A stretch of 32,000 nt of DNA from Candidatus Saccharimonadota bacterium (GTDB lineage: Bacteria; Bacteroidota; Bacteroidia; Flavobacteriales; Blattabacteriaceae), in the NCBI GenBank assembly GCA_029851085.1, contig CP100318.1, forward strand, positions 300,001 to 332,000. Direction: 5' to 3'. The position numbers and the translations under genes were made by a program. Positions 26,300 to 32,000 of the stretch are shown here, piece by piece. The notes under the pieces are model-generated. The model saw only the letters and a program-made list of their open reading frames with translations, ran no database searches and was not told the DNA's origin. Each line of letters opens with the position of its first letter. The stretch's first letter is position 1.

Positions 26300-29200
26300 T
26301 TAATTTTTGTTTATGCCTATGCCTAATACTTCTTTTTCTTTACATAATTTTATTATGTTTTTCCATGGATCACAATAGGGTATAAAAGGTTCTTTTATAT
26401 CTATTTCTTCTATATTATTACTAAATAAAGATTGTTTAATTTGTTTTATATATTTTTGGTATTTGATACCAAAAAGTATTATATTTTCTAATACATTTTT
26501 ATTAAAATATTGTGCTATATCTATATTAAAACTGTAAAAAGCACCTGATAAAATTAAATTTTCTAATATTTTTTTATTTATTATACGTAAATCAATACGT
26601 TTAATAAAATTAAAAATTGAAGTATATATACCATTTAATTTACGTTCTTGTAAAATATTTGATACCGCAACATCACCTATACCTTTTATTGCTAAAATAC
26701 CAAATCTAATACCTCCATTATCATTAATGGTAAAAGTATCTTCACTTTTATTTATATCTGGATTTAAAATTTTTATACCCATTTTTAGACATTCTTCTAT
26801 AAAGATAGGTATATCTTTTGTATTTTGCATATTATTACTTAATACAGATGTCATAAATTCTACAGGATAATGTGCTTTTAGATAAGCAGTTTTAAAAGCT
26901 AGATAAGCATAGCAAGTTGAGTGTGATTTATTGAATGCATATGATGCAAAAGCTTCCCAATCTTGCCATATTTTTTTTATTTTTTTATAAGGATATCCAT
27001 TTTTAATAGATTGTTCTATAAATTTTTTTTTAAGGTTAAGTAATATATTCTTTTGTTTTTTTCCTATAGCTTGTATTAAAAGATCTGCTTCACTTTTGCT
27101 AAAATTTGCTAATTGTTGAGATAACAACATTACTTGTTCTTGATATACAGTTATGCCATAAGTGTTTTTTAAAATGTTTTTCATTTCAGGTAAATCATAA
27201 ATTATAGATTCTTTACCATGTTTACGAGCTATAAAATTTGGTATATATTGTAATGGACCTGGTCTATATAAAGCATTCATTGCAATTAAGTCATTAAATT
27301 GATCAGGTTTAAGTTTACGTAAATATCTTTGCATTCCAATAGATTCATATTGAAATATTCCTATTGTTTCTCCTTTTTTAAAAATATCATAAGTTTTAGT
27401 ATCTTCTAAAGGAAATTGTTTAATAGTTACATTTTTTATTTTTTTAACAAGTTTTATAGTATTATTTATAATAGTTAATGTTTTTAATCCTAAAAAATCC
27501 ATTTTTAATAAACCAGCACTTTCTACTATTTTATTGTTAAATTGAGTAATTAGTAAATCTGAATCTTTTGATATAGCTATTGGAACAATCTCTTTTATAT
27601 CTAATGGTGTAATTATAATTCCACAAGCGTGGATTCCTGTATTTCGTATAGATCCTTCAATTATTTTTGCTTGTTGAATAATTTTTCCTTTTAAACTTTT
27701 TTTGTTATTTAAATATTTTTTTAATAATAGAATATTTTCTATTTCAGACTTATTAAATTTTTTCTTTAATACAGATATTTCTGTTGAAGAAATACTTTTA
27801 AGTGATATATTATTAGGTATTAATTTAGTTATTTTATTAGTTTCATTTAAAGGAAAATTTAAAACTCTAGCTGTATCTCGTATAGCTAATTTAGCACCAA
27901 TTGTACCATAAGTAATGATTTGAGCTACATGATTGTATCCATATTTTTTTACTACCCATTTAATAATTTTATCGCGACCACGATCATCAAAGTCAATATC
28001 AATATCTGGAAGAGATAGACGGTCTGGATTTAAAAATCTTTCAAATAGTAGATCATATTTAATTGGATCTATTTCAGTTATACCTATGCAATAAGCAACT
28101 ATAGATCCAGCTACTGAACCTCTTCCTGGCCCTACACAAATATTCATTTTTTTTGCGTTTAAAATAAAATCATATACAATTAAAAAATATCCTGGATAAT
28201 CAATATCTTTTATTATATTAAGTTCATATTCTATTCGTTTTTTTATAAAATTATTTAATTTAAAATAACGTTTTTTTGCTCCTTTATATGTTAAATATTT
28301 TAAATATGCATTTTCATTAATAAAATTGTTAGGTATCCTAAATTTAGGTACTAAAATGGATTTATTTAGTTCATATACTTCTATTTTAGATAGTAAATCC
28401 TCTAAGTTAATAAAAGCTTCTGGTATATCTTTAAAAAGATCTACCATTTGCCAAGGACTTTTAAAATAAAATTCATCATTGGGAAACCCAAAACGATATC
28501 CTTTTCCTTGTCCTATAGGAGTATTTTGTTTTTCTCCATAACGTATACATAATAAAATATCATGTGCATTGGCATCTATTTTTTCAAGATAGAAAGTATT
28601 ATTTTGTACAATATATTTTACATTGTATTTTTTTGCTAACGTTAGCAATACGTTATTAACATAATTTTCTATACTACCATTACGTAATAATTCAATATAG
28701 AAATCTTCACCAAAACATTTATACCACCAATTGAATACTTTTTCACCAGCAGATTCTCCCATATTTATAATTGTATGTGGAATTTCAGAATTTAAATCTC
28801 CGCTTAAAGCAATTAAACCTTCTTTATATTGTTCAATTAATTTTTTATTTACATTGGGGATTCCATTATAGTATCCTTTTATAAATCCTTGTGAACACAA
28901 TTTAGATAAATTATGATATCCTTTTTTATTTTTTGCTAAAAAAACTTGATTATAACGTTTATAATTTTCGTTTAAATTGTATGAAAGAAATAATTCACAA
29001 CCTATAATTCCTTTTAATTTTTTTTTATTTATTTTATTAACTTCTTGAATAGTATTTAAAAAATGAAAAGCTCCCATCATATTACCATAATCAGTAATAC
29101 CTACTGCAGGCATATTCCAATATACTGCTTTATTTACTAATGATTTAATATCAATTGTAGAATATAAAATAGAAAAATGTGTATGATTATGTAAATTAGC

Positions 29201-29854
29201 AAATTTTTGTACAAGTATATTTTGATTATTATTCTGATTATAATTAATAATATTATTATAATCTATTTTAAATAGATTATGATTGGATATAACTCCTATA
29301 CGTATAAGTTCTGAAAAACATAGTGTAGTGGCCATTACATCAGCATTAGCATCATGTACTCCATCATAATATTTATTAAATAATTTATAATATAATTCCC
29401 GTAATGTTGGCCATTTGTATTTTCCAAATGTACCTGGAATAGAACAATATGTAGAAGATACTTTTTGAGTATCTATTATTTTTTTTTTTAAATGGTTAAC
29501 ATTAAACCCATTTCTGATAAATTCTCCATAAACAATTTTTATATCAAATTCTAAATTATGTCCAATTATAATGCTACTATTTTTTAAATCATTTTCAAAA
29601 CTTTTAAGTACCATTTTTAATGGGTATCCTTCATTATATGCACGTTCTGTAGTAATGCCATGTATTTTTGTTGATTGTATGGGAATATCAAAACCTTCAG
29701 GTATAATTATGAAATTTTTATTTTTAATAAAATTACCTAAATGATCATAACATTGCCAAGCAATTTGTACTATACGTGGAAAATTTTTATAATTAGAATT
29801 AGTCTTATTAATATTATTAATTCCTGTAGTTTCTGTATCAAAAATAATGTACAT
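26300..29854 (-). CDS. dnaE: DNA polymerase III alpha subunit with N-terminal DEDDh 3'-5' exonuclease domain and no OB-fold/C-terminal domain
   Basis: 1184 aa ORF. Residues 1-190 carry the exonuclease motifs DTETTG, HNLEFD and HDANAD. The PHP domain starts at about residue 220 (LHNHTHFS). Polymerase core motifs are PDIDIDF, GRGSVAGS and FNKSHS, and there is a clamp-binding-like QSLF. The ORF stops right after ...KEKEVLGIGINKN. Confidence 0.9.
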   Translation of the reverse strand: MYIIFDTETTGINNINKTNSNYKNFPRIVQIAWQCYDHLGNFIKNKNFIIIPEGFDIPIQSTKIHGITTERAYNEGYPLKMVLKSFENDLKNSSIIIGHNLEFDIKIVYGEFIRNGFNVNHLKKKIIDTQKVSSTYCSIPGTFGKYKWPTLRELYYKLFNKYYDGVHDANADVMATTLCFSELIRIGVISNHNLFKIDYNNIINYNQNNNQNILVQKFANLHNHTHFSILYSTIDIKSLVNKAVYWNMPAVGITDYGNMMGAFHFLNTIQEVNKINKKKLKGIIGCELFLSYNLNENYKRYNQVFLAKNKKGYHNLSKLCSQGFIKGYYNGIPNVNKKLIEQYKEGLIALSGDLNSEIPHTIINMGESAGEKVFNWWYKCFGEDFYIELLRNGSIENYVNNVLLTLAKKYNVKYIVQNNTFYLEKIDANAHDILLCIRYGEKQNTPIGQGKGYRFGFPNDEFYFKSPWQMVDLFKDIPEAFINLEDLLSKIEVYELNKSILVPKFRIPNNFINENAYLKYLTYKGAKKRYFKLNNFIKKRIEYELNIIKDIDYPGYFLIVYDFILNAKKMNICVGPGRGSVAGSIVAYCIGITEIDPIKYDLLFERFLNPDRLSLPDIDIDFDDRGRDKIIKWVVKKYGYNHVAQIITYGTIGAKLAIRDTARVLNFPLNETNKITKLIPNNISLKSISSTEISVLKKKFNKSEIENILLLKKYLNNKKSLKGKIIQQAKIIEGSIRNTGIHACGIIITPLDIKEIVPIAISKDSDLLITQFNNKIVESAGLLKMDFLGLKTLTIINNTIKLVKKIKNVTIKQFPLEDTKTYDIFKKGETIGIFQYESIGMQRYLRKLKPDQFNDLIAMNALYRPGPLQYIPNFIARKHGKESIIYDLPEMKNILKNTYGITVYQEQVMLLSQQLANFSKSEADLLIQAIGKKQKNILLNLKKKFIEQSIKNGYPYKKIKKIWQDWEAFASYAFNKSHSTCYAYLAFKTAYLKAHYPVEFMTSVLSNNMQNTKDIPIFIEECLKMGIKILNPDINKSEDTFTINDNGGIRFGILAIKGIGDVAVSNILQERKLNGIYTSIFNFIKRIDLRIINKKILENLILSGAFYSFNIDIAQYFNKNVLENIILFGIKYQKYIKQIKQSLFSNNIEEIDIKEPFIPYCDPWKNIIKLCKEKEVLGIGINKN

Positions 29855-29858
29855 ATAC

Positions 29859-31052
29859 TTATAACTTTTTTAATAAGTTATATACTTCTAAAGAAATTTG
29901 TAATTCTTCATTGGTAGGTATTACAAGAATCTTAATTTTTGCATCATTTTTTTGTATTTCTTCAATTTTTTGAATATGTTTAATTCTATTATTTTTTTTA
30001 TTATCTAAATAAATACCTAAAAATTCCATTTTATAACAAATTAAATAACGAATTAATTCATCATTTTCTCCAATTCCTCCTGTAAATATTATAGCATCTA
30101 ACCCATTCATTATGGAAATAAAACTACCTATATATTTTTTAACTTTATGAGCATACATTTCGTATGCTAAACGGGCTTTTGAATTACCTTTATCATAAGC
30201 TAATTTAATATCACGCATATCACTATAACCTGATATAGAAAGCATTCCACTTTTTTTATTTAAAATTTCTGATAATTCATCTGGAGTATAATTATATTTT
30301 AAAGCATAAAATATAACAGTACTATCTATGTCTCCAACACGTGTACCCATTATTAAACCACTATTAGGACCAAATCCCATAGAAGTTTCTACAGAAATAC
30401 CATTTTCAACTGCTGTTGCACTAGCTCCATTACCTAAATGTAGAATAATTAATTTTTTTGATTTTTTTAAGTATTTTATTGCACATTGTGATACATATTT
30501 ATGACTAATTCCATGAAATCCATAAGAACGAATTTTATATTTATAATAAAATAAATCAGGAATTGCATATCTATAAGATTTTTTAGGCAAACTATGATGA
30601 AAAGCTGTATCAAAAACAGCTACTTGTTGTATATTAGGAAATATTTTTTCTGCTACTTCAATACCAATATAATTTGCTGGATTATGTAATGGAGCTATAT
30701 TAAAAAGTGATTTAATTAGTTTTTTAACGTATTCAGTAATTAAAGTTGTCTCTATAAGAGATTCTCCACCATGTACTACTCGATGTCCTATAGCAGATAT
30801 TTCATTACGAGAATCAATTATACCAGTATTAGGATCTGATAATAACAGATCAATCTTTTCAATACCTGTTTTATGATTATTAATAAATAAATTAATATTT
30901 TTTTTTACATTATTAAAATGTTGAAAAGTCATTTTACTTGAAGGTGTACCAATACGTTCTATTAAACCCTTAGATAAAACAAATTTTTCTGGCATAGAAA
31001 TTAATTGATATTTTATTGATGAACTTCCTGAATTAATAATTAGTATTTTCAT
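29859..31052 (-). CDS. ackA: Acetate kinase
   Basis: I prefer the start MKILIINSGSSSIKYQL at 31052 over the upstream ATG at 31094. Motifs are GHRVVHGG, AFHGISH and GGIGEN. The gene overlaps the pta 3' end by 20 nt. Confidence 0.9.
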   Translation of the reverse strand: MKILIINSGSSSIKYQLISMPEKFVLSKGLIERIGTPSSKMTFQHFNNVKKNINLFINNHKTGIEKIDLLLSDPNTGIIDSRNEISAIGHRVVHGGESLIETTLITEYVKKLIKSLFNIAPLHNPANYIGIEVAEKIFPNIQQVAVFDTAFHHSLPKKSYRYAIPDLFYYKYKIRSYGFHGISHKYVSQCAIKYLKKSKKLIILHLGNGASATAVENGISVETSMGFGPNSGLIMGTRVGDIDSTVIFYALKYNYTPDELSEILNKKSGMLSISGYSDMRDIKLAYDKGNSKARLAYEMYAHKVKKYIGSFISIMNGLDAIIFTGGIGENDELIRYLICYKMEFLGIYLDNKKNNRIKHIQKIEEIQKNDAKIKILVIPTNEELQISLEVYNLLKKL

Positions 31053-32000
31053 TAGCTTGAATAGTAGTAAGAATAATTGTATTATAAATATCATCTACAG
31101 TAGCACCTCTACTTAAATCATTTATAGGTTTGTTAAGACCTTGTAGAATTGGTCCTATTGCTATAGTTTTAGTTTCACGTTGAACAGCTTTATATGTATT
31201 ATTACCTGCATTCAAATCAGGAAAAATGAATACATTAGCTTGTCCAATAACATTAGAATTAGGCAATTTACGTATACCTATATTCCAATCTACTGCAGCA
31301 TCATATTGAATTGGTCCTTCTATTATTAGTTCAGGTTTTCTTTTTTTAACAATAATTGTAGCATTTTTAACTTTATCAACTTCTTTTCCTAGTCCAGAAT
31401 CTCCTGATGAATAAGAAAGCATAGCAATTTTAGGTTCTATTCCTAATGATTTTGCAGTTATAGCTGAACATATAGCAATTTCTGCAAGTTGTTCAGATGT
31501 AGGATTAGGTACAATAGCACAATCACCATATATTATAACTCTATCATATAATAACATTAAAAAAATTGATGATACCGTTTTAATAGTAGGAATTGTTTTT
31601 ATAATTTGAAGTGCTGGACGTATAGTATTAGCTGTAGTATGAATTACACCTGATACCATACCATCAGCTAATCCATCATAAACCATCATAGTACCAAAAT
31701 ATGATACATCTAGCATAAGTGTTTTAGCTTGATCATATTGTAATCCTTTATTTTTTCTTAATTCATACAATTTTTTATAAAATTCTTCAAATTTTGTAGA
31801 TTTTATTGGATTGATAATTTTTATGCGTTTTTCATCCCAAAATAATCCTAGGTTTTTAACTTTTATTAAAATTTTTTCTTTATCTCCTAATAGAGTTAAT
31901 AAACCAAGTTTATTAGCGGAAAATTTTGAAGAAGCGCATAATATACGTTCATCTAATCCTTCAGGTAATACTATATGTTTTTGAAGTTTTTTACTTATAT
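31033..32000 (-). CDS. pta: Phosphate acetyltransferase, 5' end outside window
   Basis: The frame stays open from 31033 to the window edge. The upstream part reads ...HIVLPEGLDERILCASSKF... and the downstream part has GDCAIVPNP, SYSSG and LSRGATVDDI. Confidence 0.88.
   Translation of the reverse strand, partial: ISKKLQKHIVLPEGLDERILCASSKFSANKLGLLTLLGDKEKILIKVKNLGLFWDEKRIKIINPIKSTKFEEFYKKLYELRKNKGLQYDQAKTLMLDVSYFGTMMVYDGLADGMVSGVIHTTANTIRPALQIIKTIPTIKTVSSIFLMLLYDRVIIYGDCAIVPNPTSEQLAEIAICSAITAKSLGIEPKIAMLSYSSGDSGLGKEVDKVKNATIIVKKRKPELIIEGPIQYDAAVDWNIGIRKLPNSNVIGQANVFIFPDLNAGNNTYKAVQRETKTIAIGPILQGLNKPINDLSRGATVDDIYNTIILTTIQANENTNY

Noticed and set aside
31053-31094. Upstream ATG giving ackA an MIFIIQLFLLLFKL N-terminal extension
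   Set aside because: Acetate kinases begin M-K-[IV]-L-[VI]-[IL]-N-x-G-S-S-S-x-K, which matches the internal ATG at 31052 exactly. The extension lies inside the pta coding region and looks like an out-of-frame reading of it.

Overview
This window is very AT-rich, densely packed and almost entirely housekeeping. The gene content and protein signatures look like a reduced Flavobacteriales insect endosymbiont, Blattabacterium-like; that attribution is inference, not a database hit. I call 31 protein genes: sucD (partial), a 2-Cys peroxiredoxin, argS, ffh, thrS, infC-rpmI-rplT, def, ruvX, dapD, a CCA-adding/HD-domain enzyme, an NrnA-like DHH phosphoesterase, lipA, a NIF3 protein, a COG1579 coiled-coil protein, mnmA, dnaJ, grpE, lgt, truA, trxB, holA, an HsdR_N-like nuclease-fold protein, prfB, fabG, clpB, thioredoxin, dnaE, ackA and pta (partial). 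There is also one tRNA-Asp(GUC). I see no transposase, integrase, CRISPR array, toxin or defence genes, and no convincing new multi-gene system. Three kinds of feature are unusual. (1) Three young tandem-repeat loci: a ~310 bp array seeded from the last codons of the thioredoxin gene, 15 perfect 12-bp units inside grpE, and a 23-bp duplication of the mnmA start. (2) Three reading-frame breaks that each sit exactly at a long poly(A) tract, two in holA and one in the nrnA-like gene. These could be transcriptional-slippage rescue, homopolymer sequencing error, or gene decay. (3) Domain-level remodelling of core machines: DnaE carries an N-terminal exonuclease but has no OB-fold or C-terminal domain, ClpB lacks its N-domain, prfB has no programmed frameshift and reads SPY instead of SPF, and the COG1579 protein has no zinc-ribbon cysteines.
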